Assembly: GCF_037042905.1 (NCBI RefSeq)
Contig: NC_087245.1
Coordinates: 9,054,001 to 9,118,000 of the forward strand
Reading direction: 5' to 3'
Source: Lytechinus pictus
Lineage: Eukaryota
DNA: 64,000 bases
Part shown: positions 13,647 through 26,983 of the stretch, piece by piece
Layout of the letters: every line of letters starts with the position of its first letter
Position numbering within the stretch: the stretch's first letter is position 1
The notes under the pieces: model-generated
The model's database searches: none
What the model was told of the DNA's origin: nothing
Seen by the model: only the letters and a program-made list of their open reading frames with translations
Translations under genes and position numbers: made by a program

Positions 13647-14160
13647 AATGTATTTTCTATGCTCTCTGAATGTCATTCCAGTCTCACAACAACCGAACTC
13701 GTTATTATTTTGGTTCGTTTGTGGTCAGAATGAGTCAATCCACATCCAAAGAAAACTTAACGTACTGTCACAGGAAACACAATAAATGGTCACCTGATCA
13801 TCTAAACTTTCGGAATTTGTATTTTGAACATATCTTCAAACCAATACTTATAAAAGCAATCATTGGAAATTTACTTTTACCAATCGACCAAATTTATCCT
13901 TTGAACATTCTACATACTAATCTGACTAAAAAGATAAGCGATTTGTAAAAATTAAAGTAGGCCTCGGTGCTTAATCCTTCTCCAATATTGATTGCGTTTT
14001 TTGTCCTGTTATCTTTCGATTTAATAACTTTTATGCATAAAGACGTGTGCTCTCTTGGGTAACAGTCTTTTTCACAATATCAGAATGGACTAAGAGCATG
14101 TGTATTCGTTCGATCATTAACCCCTGATTAACCTAAACACACGTTAAAAATGTGTGCATC

Positions 14161-14366
14161 CAGTGGCGAACGTATTGGGGAAAAAAATCATGACCAAGAA
14201 AAAAAAAATAGAAAAGGAATGAAAGAAGGGTGAAATATGATATTACTTTTTAAATAATGTAAAAATCCATCATAATTTGGAGTTTTGTAATACAAACTTT
14301 TTGAAATAAATTGTACTCCATATGTCATATCTATCTCTTTCAATTTTTTGGCTCGTTATGTCACTG
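14161..14366. mobile_element. hAT-type MITE (CAGTGG family), decayed
   Basis: CAGTGGCG...TCACTG termini; body homologous to 28694-28951. Confidence 0.6.
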
Positions 14367-17300
14367 TGCGCACAAAGGCGATCTGAAGAATGTATCACGC
14401 TATGATTATATCCAGATTTGCTGGCAAGTAATGGACTATATCCCATCACCTTCACTAACGCTAATTATTCGCGTACTAAATCAAAGAAGTGAAAATGATT
14501 ATGACGCGTTCATTACCTGTTTACTTATCTTCTACGCTCACATCCTTTCAATTCATAACCACTCAAGATATGGATGTTTAGAAATGCGTATAGTTAAAAG
14601 ATTTATAGTACTATCATACTGTCGAGGAAGACTAGTTGGTCTCATCCTCTGTAACAAAGGTTTTTAATCGCTTTATATTCCAAATTGAAAACGATCTCTC
14701 TCCCTCTCTTTCTTAATAAGGGCACCTAAACTGAGATCTCCCTCCTCCTCATCTATCTCTTTTCCACTTTTAGTCACGCATGCGTTTGCTTTGATAACGT
14801 CACGGAAATGTAATGCGACGCTTGATTACTTGTATTTTGAAAGTGCCTTTACAGTGCAACGAATTTTTATCCAATATACTACACAGTGCACCGCACTTTA
14901 CCAACTAATAGAACACAATTCATAAAGTGCAATGTTGAGAATCATGGTGAGTTTCGATGTGACAAGATCTAGCTCTTCTGTTAAAAAAATAGAGAACATC
15001 CAAAAAATAGAACACCGTCTCTTGTTTGACTTTTCACCAAATGGATAGCAACATTCTTAGTATGTGTATATGTGCAATATAATTATTAAAAAATTTTTAG
15101 TTGAGTACGATTCCCGATAAATCCCATAACTTCGCAGTCACATCCAAAGAGGGTAGGGCAACCCACGTAGAACATGTCCGTCTGAAGGGTTCATAAGGTT
15201 TGTCATATCAAAGGTATACTACGTGCTTCTTTATTCTGATATACTGATAATCTTAGAAAGTGTCACAAGATCGGAACATATCAATATCGAAAGCGATCAA
15301 TAATATGATTTCAATATGTTTTTTTTTCTTTATAAATCCTCAAAATAAAATGACCAAAATTTTCCCCATTGTAGCACATCATTTCCGCGATCTCTTTACA
15401 GACTTATGCTACAGCAGAGTCGCATTTCACAAGAACTTGTTAACAAATTCTCCACGACAAACTTTCTACCAGCCAATCAGATGAAATACACGCAGTGGCT
15501 TCCAACATTATCATGATGATCGTTTTTCATTGTAACCTTATGAAAAGGGATCCTGATCATGATATCCTGTTGATTCATATTCATTTCTTTATTTATGTTT
15601 CTTTCTTTTCTCTCAACATCCAGGAACTGAACCTTGAACCACCTAAACTGCAGAAGGTCTTCCCAGAGGCAGATTCAATCAGTTTCAAGAAAAATATGTT
15701 CCCGAGGTTATGCTCGACCAAAATGGTACCGAAACGTGTTTTTTCCTGATGACGACTGACTTTGAAATTATTGTGACGTCAATCATTCATTTTTCCAAAT
15801 TATGGGACTCTTGGCACGCAGGTGTGTTGTTACCATGGTAAATATTGATAATGAAAAACAAGCCAACATAAATTAACTTATAAGCAAAAAGATGCCTTCA
15901 GTGTCTTCAGATGGTTTCACACCTTTAACGTAATAGCATCCAAAATTTAAATAAGAACTGAACATTGTTTTAATGATGTACATGCATCACTTATATCAAT
16001 CAGCTAAACGCGTTCATCGTATTGATCGTTATATTCATCTTTCACTCTGGATGTAACGGGTTAATGCCTAAATAGCCTACCGTAGCCTATGATACTTCAG
16101 ACAAATTATCGTGAATAAAATCTTGGAGCACAGTTCTTACTTCGGTAATCGATATCACTCGTTTTGATCTGGGGCTTTTTGTCATCTCTTTAGATACAAC
16201 AATCTTAGAATAAAAACTATAACGAATTCGGGCTCTCTTGGCACATCCTTTAACCCTCATTTTTAAGTGATCGGACAAGCACAAGTCATTTTCGTGAAGG
16301 TTTAAGCGAGCAGTATCTAAAACTTTTCAAAGATGGGGAACCGGAAGTACAGAACGGACGCTGGCAGTCAAACCGGAAGTGATTACGTGTATGACAACCC
16401 TGTAGCAAGCACTGTGTCCAATGAGAATGGGATCGCTGTGATATCAATGGGAAACTTTTGCACACATTCCAATGGAGGTAAGCAAAGGTGAAAATCAACC
16501 AAACAATAATGACTGTTAAAACTTTATAGAAGAAGGGATAGCTGTTTAATATTAATCAGGTATTGAACATTGGGAATACACATTTAAAAAATACTTTAAA
16601 AAAAACGATGTGCGTCTCACAAAAATAAGTATGATATCCGGATCACGAAATCGCTCTGGCATTGAAATTGTGATTGTAGTTTTTACTTTTTATATTTTTC
16701 GCTTATTGAATATGCAAGTCGAATTTATACCAAATCACGTATTGTTTAGAGAAGTTATCGATTTTAAGGGCCTTATATCGCTTTGCTCGTTCGCAAAGCG
16801 CCCAAAGGTTTGCACCTAGGCTATATCACGGTCCATATATTCAATATTCAGCCTCTTCAAAATTTGCCTCATTGAGAATATCCACTTTGCGCAACACGGA
16901 ACTGTTTTTGGTTTGTCTGTTTTGTGGATAATTATTTTTTAAAGCAAATTTTAGCACATTTATTTACATTACAGGACGGGAAGATTTCCGAGAACGCTAA
17001 ATCTAAACTCGATTCCAATTGCTCACATTTAAAACTAGGATACTTTTTTTCCGTCGACGGCATTTTCTCATGGTAATTTAGACACGATAACATATAGACC
17101 AAAGGCTAAATTCTCACTTCATTGGCCTCATTTGTCCCGTCTGTATGTGTATGCTCGACTGATTTCTATGGTAGTGTTCAACGTTCTTGGAACGTTTCTG
17201 TCCTCACCTAGGATTTAATACAGGACGGTAATCTCGAGAACGCTGTAGGATTCAGTCTAGCATTCATGAATTGTATAAAGTGTAAATTTTTAGTCTCACA

Positions 17301-18834
17301 CTGTAGAAGAAGGGTTTGTTGCCTCGTTCCCCACGCTGTTAGGAGTTTTTGCTTTCACGACATAACACAGAAAATATGCCCATCAAATGACAATATACAG
17401 CTGGGAGGCTTTTGTCGAAAATTTGTGAAACGGAACAGCAATTTCTTCCTATTTTGAAATGACGAAATCATGCCGTTTGTCCTGAGTCCAGGACGAAACT
17501 GCTCTTATGATTTGAGACCAAATATTTCTTAGTTGCTTATGGTCATAAAAGGCATTTGACAATACATTTTCTATGTTCTCGAATCTGACATGCCTCGTGG
17601 AAGCGAAAACTACATATTTTCTCTGGATGACGTCATGGAAATGCGAAAGACGGTAACAATTATCATTGCTGAAAGCGTGGAGGGAGAATCAATGTGGATG
17701 ATGATTTGTGAATCTTGTAAATATTTAGCATGCTCGGAACATATAGCTCTATGCTTGGAACGAATGTTCCCGAACCTGTGATTTTATAAGCTATTGGGCA
17801 AAATAGGTCGGTGTGAAGCGAATGAATCAGAACTGTTTTTTGGATAACGTGTTGGCATTGGCCATTTGGCGAGGAGAAAGAGGTGCGATAATATTACTCT
17901 TTACTCCATCCTTGAGGGAACACTTGATCTGAAATCTCTTGGTGTCACATAACACTACATTCTGCTAGGACGTTGTATCAGAGGGTTCATGGGGAACCCA
18001 TCCCCCCAATCCCAGTGAACAAAGGGGGAAAGGACTGAGGACAAAAAAAAATAAGGCGAAAGGTACCATGTAAGATGATATGATATACATTCACATGGAG
18101 ATACTATAGTATTGAAATATATCGGTATGATATACCCTTTCTTACTGAAAAGTACGCCATTTGAATTTGGCAAGTTGGATACCCCCATTCACCGTATGTG
18201 GGTACAGCCCGATCGTGAAAACAATTCTTTCACTTTACTGTACAAGCTTGGTGCCCACTTTGTAATGGCAGTTGCCACCCCCCCCCCCCCCCCGGTGCGA
18301 CATCAGTATTGACTTGAAGTAACAAACTATTTGATTTAAAACATCTGAACGATATTATACTAAAAGATCATACTAGCATACTGGTTTGTGAAAGCGAACA
18401 TAGTCCGTCTCTTCCTTCGAGTAAGGATATAACTTTTACCGTTTTTATATTTTTATTGCCATTTCAAATTCCGTAGAATTTGTGACAATGACAATATCGA
18501 GAACATGCACCTGCAGTATTACTTTACTATCGACCCGATTGTCGGAAGCCACCGTAAATAGTTGGCAAAAATAAAAAGAATTTCATTCACGAACCAGCAA
18601 TTTTCAAGAATAACTAGGTTTCATTGTATATGGAGTAAACCGCTGTGGCTTCCTTGCCAAGTTCCGCTACAACGTTATGTTAAATGGGCGGAAAATATAA
18701 CACAAAACAATAAACTGTGTGATTTGGAAGGCGCATTTCAGAAAAAATGCTATTATTCTGACAATTGGCGCCTAGGTCAAGAGCTAAAGTTGCACGCCTT
18801 GCAACATCTGGCTCCTTGGGCGAGCCCTGTAATC

Positions 18835-19789
18835 TAATGTGTCCCTGAAGGGACATCGCAAATAGACCAAATCGCGAATATTGCCGACAAAATTCACGGC
18901 GTCGCCAATTCCGTCTTGAATTTCGCGACGATATTCACGATGTCGCCAAATTCACGACGAAATTGGCGACGAAATTCACGACGTCACGAATTTTGTCGCC
19001 AATTTCGTCGTGAATTTGTTTTGCTTGCTCAGTTGCGGTACGTGCATATGGAACTCTTGCCGAGATTTTTAACCATGCTTTATGTAAAAATTGTAGGTTT
19101 TAACTTCGAATCATGATCCTTTTTTTACAAAGTGGAATAAGTATGTAGATTTGTTAGATCTAAGGCTGCCATCGCCTAGACGATCTAATTCTAAGTAAGT
19201 TGTTACAGACTACCGGTAGGCTACACTGTTAAAAAAACTGATTTTACAGACAAAAGAAAGAAGATTTTGCAAAAAGCAATAACAGAATCATTTTGTAAAT
19301 TCATAAAATAGGAATTTTCTGCAATTTAACAGAACAGGTCTGTTTAAAAAGGGGAAAAGGGTGTTTTATCAAACATGTTAAAGGACATTTTTAAGGTTCC
19401 ATACACCAAATACCAATTCCCTGTAAGATTACGCAATCTGGTAAGATTACAGGTGTTCTCGATACTCTGCTGCAGGAACTTGTTTTATTTTAAGGATAAA
19501 TTTTCTAACAGTGTAGATCGATGTGTCTCGTTTCTTAATTCAGTGCCAAGCTCATGCCAACATGCACGTGATCGACTCGTCTTCTGGCGCTTGTACGAGG
19601 ACCGCCCAAGCAAGCAAAACAAATTCACGTCGAAATTCGCGACGTCGTGAATTGTTGAAGACTACCGAGGACTAACGAAATGCACGATGTCGTGAAGACG
19701 GAATTGGCGACGTTGTGAATTTCGTCTCGATTTTCGTCGTCAATATTCGCTATTTGGTCTATTTACGATGTCCCTTCAGGGCCACCATA
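18835..19789. mobile_element. Non-autonomous element with IS3EU-type termini
   Basis: TIR core CCCTGAAGGGACATCG.AAATAGACCAAAT / ATTTGGTCTATTT.CGATGTCCCTTCAGGG; TA...CATA ends; flanks GTAATC / GAAATC (5 of 6 match). Confidence 0.75.
19224..19513. mobile_element. EnSpm/CACTA-like MITE nested in 18835-19789
   Basis: CACTGTTAAAAA / TTTCTAACAGTG termini with TA on both sides. Confidence 0.7.
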
Positions 19790-19942
19790 GAAATCGCACT
19801 CTATCTACTTTAAGATTAAAACTTGATATATATATAAAGCTCAGTTTCTCTCCCCATTTTGGGTAATATAATATATAGTAACTTTTTCAAGGTCAATCAA
19901 TAAAATTGTTATCAAACATATCTGACATCTGTTGATACTATA

Positions 19943-20928
19943 CAGTGCGTATCATAAAAGAGTTTACACTTATAAAAAGTCCTGTAAAATTATACATTTG
20001 TAATATCCTGAAGACATTTTAACATTTTAACATTGGTACAGATCCATTTAAGCAAATGACGATATAACTGTCGAAAAATATTTCCGCTTGAGTGAGCACC
20101 ACTTAATTTTGAAAAGTTAGTAAAAAATGATTTACGCAGAACTTTGAAATAGTTATGCGAATAAAATTAGACCTTAATCATGAAGAACACATGGAATTTA
20201 GCTAGTAAAATTGATTTATGTATATATTTTACCTTTTTAACTTGTTTCCTTGCTCAAAACACTCTGAAGAGTGCAATGCGCCCCACCCCACTCCCCCACA
20301 CACCGACGCCATCGTGACAATATTTGCTTTACACTGAGCTGTGATTTACATGAAATGGCTTAGGCTTGATTTTCATTTTGTTAATCATGGTCAAGCCTGG
20401 GAAAAGTGTGGAGAAAAACAAGTATTAAATGAAAAATGAAATGTAAACCCACTTTAAATGATAAAAACTTAGTGAAAAAATACTGGAGATGTCTGATATA
20501 AACTTTTCTTCAGATTCAGTTATGTCCTCAGATCCAGCTGGCACAAAAAAGGTAAAGGTTGTGCTTATTAAGTGTTGAAATTTCAAATTTGGGTGGCAAA
20601 ATTGCTACAAAATGCTTGAATGTATCCGTTTTATTTCAATTGACTAAAAGTGCAAGGGAAATGTATGAGAAATGTTTCGCAGGTAAAGTTTGATTTCGCC
20701 CTTTCTCCTCGACACAGCGTGAAAACGAGCATTTCTGCGCAAACAGATTTCTGCGAGCTTTACAAAAATGGACAGTGCTCACTCAAGTGTAACATTCTGT
20801 CAAAACTTTTACTTTCATTGGATAGATGAGACCCAAACCAAAGATTATGTGTGAAAAAATTGCCCACATGTTGTATATTTTTTAATTCCCAGGGCTTTTT
20901 CAAAGTGTAAACTTTTTTATACGCACTG
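19943..20928. mobile_element. Tc1/mariner-type non-autonomous element, uninterrupted copy
   Basis: TA TSD; TIR CAGTGCGTAT..AGTTTACACTT / AAGTGTAAACT..ATACGCACTG; second copy at 59933-62691. Confidence 0.88.
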
Positions 20929-21899
20929 TATTACAAACAGTTCTATAACCTTGTTAAAAACTATCTGAATTAAAGTGACGTGATCGAGGCCGTGCTCCAG
21001 TAAAAGGCTGTTAATACAGACTCGAATGGTAATCATGAGAATCGCCTTTTCAAAAATGCAATTTACCTCGTGCATGTCATGCGCGATGGGATGGATATTT
21101 ATGCAGTAAATAAGCCAACCTGATTTGGTTAGTCTCCTTAAATTCTCATTGATCGAGACAATGGGTTGTATGTGGGTGTTTGAAACACTAAGACCAAGTC
21201 AGTTTTGGTGCCGGTTTGTATGGTAATTTCTGACTGGTGGGTTGGGTTCCTAACCGCTCGTCTACTGACATATAAACGATGCTGGTTCATTTCATAACCC
21301 ATTGAAAATGTTTATGTTCGTCTTTAGAAGCCCTTATTATGGACAACCAAATTTGGATTCATCAATGTTTTTGTCATGAATCTGCATGGCATTATAGAGC
21401 AATAATGTTTAATTAAGACCAACTCTCTCTCCTACTACCAGGCGTGGGTCGAGGGGCCACAACCCACAGTAGGCACATACAAATTAAAAAAAAGGAATGT
21501 ATATAAAGAATACCCTGTCTAAACTCATGGCTCCTTTCCCTCTTGAGTCCTACCCCTTTAGAAGTGACGATGAAAATACCTTCATTTACCCAAATGAATA
21601 CCTTCTATTTTGTTGGTCACATTTTTCGTTTGTTTCATAGAAAAAGTGACCGAATACTTCAAGGCAGATAGATAAGCGCTTCGAAACAAACTTCATTATT
21701 TCCCAATACAAGACAGGCCCATACGCATAATTATCCATAAATATTAAACTAGCACACAAACATTCACCTATCTGATCAGGGAGGGCGTGGCTATTCAAAC
21801 TTTACGCCTTCTGTGTTAATACATGGAATTAATGGGAGTGATTTTATCATGCCAATTAATACATACTAGATCTTTGACTATCAATACAAATCCGTAAGC

Positions 21900-24800
21900 A
21901 TATTTATGGGTTTGCTTTTAATTCATTTGTCTTACGATCGTTTATTATTTATGTGTAATGATCTCAACTCATGTATCTATGTACTTAGGTGGTTGAGCTC
22001 TGCCGTTCTGCATCCTATATTGTATATGCTGACCAAGATGGGTCTTGTAATTTTTGTAGACATATTTTTCATTTATATTAACTGCACATCAGCACCACAG
22101 TTACACACACATGCACCCTCACCACAAGCACGATCGCAGTATATCCCTTTACATAATCTCTGGTACTTTACATTTCATCAATTTGGATGAATTCACTCTC
22201 CTTTATTCCTGACAATTTAATAGAAAATTCACACAACAGTAAATATTACACACCTCAAGAATTTAACAACATATTTAGTAGTAATCATGATATTTCTCTT
22301 TTACACGCAAATTTAAGAAGTCTGAATAGAAACTTTGAATATTTTGAAAATCTCTTGCACACGTTAAACAATTTCAACTTTTCTGTTATTGGTATTAGCG
22401 AGACATGGCTACATGAAAATTCACCAGATTTGTTTAATTTACCAGATTATAAACTGATTAGGGCAGACCGCAAAGGAAAAAGAGGTGGAGGGGTAGCATT
22501 CTATATAGCCGAAAAACTAAAATTTAAGATCCGTTCCGATGTGAAACTCTTAAATGCTGAGTCTTTGTTTATTGAAATTGAAAACACAGAATTTAAAAAT
22601 GTCGTCATAGGTCTAATCTATCGACCACCAGGTTCTAATTTTGATTCTTTTTATGAGGAAACAGAGCAATATCTCCATATAATAAGTAATGAAAATAAAA
22701 ATTGTTTTATTTTTGGTGATTTTAATATCAATTTCCTACCCTCAGTCGACAATAATAAATCAAACAATTTCATGAAACTAATGTACTCATTTGGCTTCCA
22801 TTCATTTATAAATAATTCCACTAGAATCAGCCCAAATTCATCAACTCAAATTGACAACATTTTTTCCAACGTACATAACATGAACAACAAAATGATAGGT
22901 GGAATTCTATGCTCTGAAGTTTCAGACCACTTACCCATTTTTCTAACCTGTGAGTTAAAACTACCTTACATTAAAACATTTAACCAACATACATATAGAA
23001 GAGAATCTAAACGTAATATTGAATTATTGAAACAAGACTTAATAATTGAGGAATGGGAGGATGTCTATAATGAAGATGACGCAAACACATCATATAATCA
23101 CTTTAATGATAAATTACAACATTATTATGATAAGAATATCCCAATAGGTAGAATTAAAAATAATCGAAAAAAAATCCCCAAACTTCCCTGGATAACAAGA
23201 GGTATATTGAAATCAATACAAACACGTAATCGCCTTTACAAGTCGCATTTACGCAGACCGTCCGAAACTAACTTAAAAACATATAAAGTATATCGAAACA
23301 AATTGACAAAATTAATTCGTATATCCCGTAAAATGTATTATGCTAATAGAATAAAGGATGCCAGTTCAAACACTAATGCAACTTGGAAAATCATTAAAGA
23401 GGTAATGGGAACAAAGACAGACCCCCCTCCTACTGATGATATGACTTTAAATGGTTCTAAAATTGACACTTACCTTCATGCAAATTCATTTAATTCATTT
23501 TTCACAAATATCGGACCCGAACTTGCAAGCAAAATTAATAGCCCTAATGCGCGGTTCACCGACTATCTCCACGAACCAAATCCACACTCTATATTTCTTA
23601 ACCCTACGGACCCCACTGAAATTATCAACATTACACGGTCTCTTAACAGTTCAAAATCACATGGACATGATATAATTAGTATGTCTCTTTTAAAAGAAAT
23701 AATCCACCCACTTGCTAATCCTCTTAGTAACATTTTTAATAAATCATTATCACAAGGAGTTTTTCCCGACTTATTCAAAATTGCCAAAGTCAATCCAATT
23801 TTCAAAAAAGACAATCCCCATGAAATTAGTAATTATCGCCCCATTTCTCTTCTCCCAACTATATCAAAAATCTTAGAAAAAATAGTATATAATAGACTTT
23901 ATAAATTCATTATCAAACACAATCTGCTAAATTCTAATCAATATGGCTTTAGGAAGAATTACTCAACAAACTTGGCATTAATTCAAATCTATGACAAAAT
24001 TACAAACGCCATTGCTAACAAAGAACATGTCATTGGGATATTTTGTGACCTTAGTAAGGCATTCGATACACTTAATCACGACATTCTACTCTCAAAACTC
24101 AACTATTATGGCGTACGGGGTCAATCCCTTCTTTGGTTTAAAGATTACTTAAGAAATCGAAAACAATACGTCTCATTTAATGGTCACGACTCTGATTCAC
24201 TTTTAGTTCATTGTGGTGTCCCTCAAGGCTCCATCTTAGGCCCACTATTATTTTTAATATATGTAAATGACATTATTAATACATCATCCATTTTATCTTT
24301 TGTATTATTCGCTGACGACACAAATATTTTTTTTTCTCATAAAAATCTCACTTCCTTATACAATATTTTAAATCATGAAATAAATAAAATATCACAGTGG
24401 TTCAAAGCTAACAAATTATCTCTGAACACACAAAAAACTCATTACATATATTTTCAACATCATTCTCATAATTCTAACACTCAAATTCACTTACAGATTG
24501 ACGGCAAGTCATTAGAACGTAAAACGCACTCTAGATTTTTAGGGGTCATCATAGATGAAGCTTTATCTTGGAATGAGCATCTGCACCATATTACAATGTG
24601 TATTTCAAGAAGCATTGGAATTATTTCTAAGTTAAAATTTATCTTGCCTCTTAAAACTTTATTCCTATTGTATAATTCCTTAGTACTCCCGTACATAACC
24701 TATTGTAACGTTGTTTGGGCTAATTGTGGCTCTACAAAGCTGACTTCTATTTTTAGATTACAAAAGAGAATTATTCGCATTTGTACAGGGTCGCATTACC

Positions 24801-25571
24801 TGGCTCACACTGACCCTTTATTTTTCAAACAGAAAACACTGAAAGTTGCCGACTTGTACACTCTTCAAGTAGCTATCATTATGTTTAAGTATATCAATAA
24901 TCTACTCCCATCGTCTTTTGATGACATGTTTAAGTTCAATAGTTCTGTCCATACCTACCCAACTCGTACATCTGGAAACTTTCATCTCACAAACCCCAGA
25001 CTGTTAATTACCTCTAAATCAATTCGACATCATGGTCCAGACATTTGGAATAATCTTGCAAACAATATTAAATCTTGTTCTACTTTATACTCATTAAAAT
25101 CAACTCTTAAAAAAAATATAATTCAATCTTATTCATCCGACACTTCAAATTGATTCTCATTAACAACCAAAAACTATAAATTAAAAATAATAACAATAAT
25201 TATACTGCTATTTACAGCACCCGCACCTGCACCTGCATCGCACCCACTTGTTCAGCAATTACCGATCTTAGTCACGAACCCTTTTTATGAGGCCGCCATC
25301 AACTACAAGCTTAACCGCTCACGATGGCGGTCTCCTGCGTTCATTTGTTTATGCTGCTTTTTATTATCATCCTAATGTGAAGTATATGCCCAAATCATTT
25401 TTTTCTATTTTATGTAATGTGAAGTATATACCCAAACCATTTTTTTTTCTAATTATTATGTTTATGTTGTAAACATTATGGATTGTTTTATATATTGCAA
25501 ACAATGTAAAAAAATTTTGATAATGTATTGTGAACGCAGAAATAAAATAAAACAAACAAACAAAAAACAAA
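21900..25571 (+). mobile_element. LINE (CR1/L2 group) with intact ORF2, 3' UTR and (AAAC)n tail; 5' boundary approximate, no ORF1 seen
   Basis: ORF2, then about 400 bp of UTR with a stem-loop at 25289-25334 and tail aataaaataaaacaaacaaacaaaaaacaaa. Confidence 0.85.
22187..25153 (+). CDS. Non-LTR retrotransposon ORF2: APE endonuclease + reverse transcriptase (CR1/L2 group, Crack/Daphne-like)
   Basis: 988-aa open frame. Endonuclease motifs: ISETW, GGGV, IYRPP, GDFN, IDNIF, SDHLP. RT motifs: NYRPISLL, QYGFR, DLSKAFD, GVPQGSILGP, FADDT, FLGV. Confidence 0.96.
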   Translation: MNSLSFIPDNLIENSHNSKYYTPQEFNNIFSSNHDISLLHANLRSLNRNFEYFENLLHTLNNFNFSVIGISETWLHENSPDLFNLPDYKLIRADRKGKRGGGVAFYIAEKLKFKIRSDVKLLNAESLFIEIENTEFKNVVIGLIYRPPGSNFDSFYEETEQYLHIISNENKNCFIFGDFNINFLPSVDNNKSNNFMKLMYSFGFHSFINNSTRISPNSSTQIDNIFSNVHNMNNKMIGGILCSEVSDHLPIFLTCELKLPYIKTFNQHTYRRESKRNIELLKQDLIIEEWEDVYNEDDANTSYNHFNDKLQHYYDKNIPIGRIKNNRKKIPKLPWITRGILKSIQTRNRLYKSHLRRPSETNLKTYKVYRNKLTKLIRISRKMYYANRIKDASSNTNATWKIIKEVMGTKTDPPPTDDMTLNGSKIDTYLHANSFNSFFTNIGPELASKINSPNARFTDYLHEPNPHSIFLNPTDPTEIINITRSLNSSKSHGHDIISMSLLKEIIHPLANPLSNIFNKSLSQGVFPDLFKIAKVNPIFKKDNPHEISNYRPISLLPTISKILEKIVYNRLYKFIIKHNLLNSNQYGFRKNYSTNLALIQIYDKITNAIANKEHVIGIFCDLSKAFDTLNHDILLSKLNYYGVRGQSLLWFKDYLRNRKQYVSFNGHDSDSLLVHCGVPQGSILGPLLFLIYVNDIINTSSILSFVLFADDTNIFFSHKNLTSLYNILNHEINKISQWFKANKLSLNTQKTHYIYFQHHSHNSNTQIHLQIDGKSLERKTHSRFLGVIIDEALSWNEHLHHITMCISRSIGIISKLKFILPLKTLFLLYNSLVLPYITYCNVVWANCGSTKLTSIFRLQKRIIRICTGSHYLAHTDPLFFKQKTLKVADLYTLQVAIIMFKYINNLLPSSFDDMFKFNSSVHTYPTRTSGNFHLTNPRLLITSKSIRHHGPDIWNNLANNIKSCSTLYSLKSTLKKNIIQSYSSDTSN

Positions 25572-26773
25572 TTACGAGCAACGGCATTTTACTTTTGTTG
25601 GTACACCCCCCCCCCCCCATTTTGAAACACTGGATTCGCCTCTGTCTAAAATCCTGATCGTGCAGGTAATTTACAAGTGAAATCTTTCTACTGGCGAAGA
25701 CCTAATTGGGCAGGAAATGTTTCTGTTAGGATACCCTAATTGGTTGAACTTGACCGTGAGCCAACTTTTTTATCAGTAGCGGTTTGTTGCTGTTTTTAGC
25801 TACTGCCTACTACCCAAATGTAATTCAGAGTCTTGAATCTGGGGCTTATAGATTTGTCGGTTTTGATTTTTCTTTGCACTTCTATTAAATTTTGTATACT
25901 GACTTATTGAGAGAGGTTATGTTATACCCCCACGTATTGAATACAATCCACTTTTAATCTTCTTTTTCCCTGACTGGACAACCTCCACCATTGTAATTTT
26001 ATATAAGCAACAAAAACTACCCGCGATAAGCCTAGTCTTTTGTATTCTTTGGTACTCACGAGGGTACAGTTCACTACATGAGCTATCCTGCGCTTCATTG
26101 CTTTTTTTGTTATCTTCCTTGGATTAACCCCAGCTTAACGTCAGTTTTGCAGGTCATTTACAACCCGCGAGATAAATCGATTCGGGCTTTGTGGATTATT
26201 ATTTGGATGAAATGTTGCCATAGTTTGTTACCTGTGGGGTAATGTGACTTTTACAGGAAAATTGTAATAAACCCCCTTCGAGCAAAATAAGGATTTTTAA
26301 AATGAATGTGGACGCTTAAGTCAAGCACCTAAGTGATATCAAGTAAAAATATCGATGGGTCCCGTTTTCCCCCTTTCGATTAGTTATTTCCTTTCCTGCA
26401 CGTTTATATTTACATAACTTTCGCCTTGCCAATCCCACTCGATTGACGCTTTTACAAAATCCAAAAGAAAAACGATGCACCGCACGTGAAAACGCGCGCG
26501 GAATGAAGCAATACCTTTCTGTTAAGACTTGTTAGTGATTTAAACTAGGGACACAACTCTCTGATTAAACCATGGACCTGCAACAAAACTTGATTCGTGG
26601 AGGAGCTGCTATACAACATACTTGTCCTGATTAGGCTTATCCGACATTGTCTGCGAATATCCTGAACAGTCTGTTTGCCTGTGTTAGAACAGATTAGCAA
26701 GAGAAATTCATGATATTTATATAAGGATTGTTGCGTTTGGACAGCGTTATTCATAAATGAGATTATTCTCAAA

Positions 26774-26983
26774 ATGGAAGATTGTTGGAGAAGACCGAAA
26801 CAACTTTACAATGCACTGCTTAACCCCTCAGATCCCAAACGTCAGGAGATAAAGGAGGATAAGAAAAAGCCCCGTTTGACCTCCATATCAAAGGTTGAGA
26901 ATGATGACATCGTCGACCAAGACGTCAATGACAACGAGGACACAAAATTTGGATGGCTTTGGTTCCGTCCAAACTGCCTACAG
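26774..26983 (+). CDS. SLCO gene 1 coding exon 1
   Basis: ATG...FGWLWFRPNCLQ followed by donor GTAACC; matches FGWMWFRPKCIQ in gene 2. Start codon choice is less certain. Confidence 0.8.
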
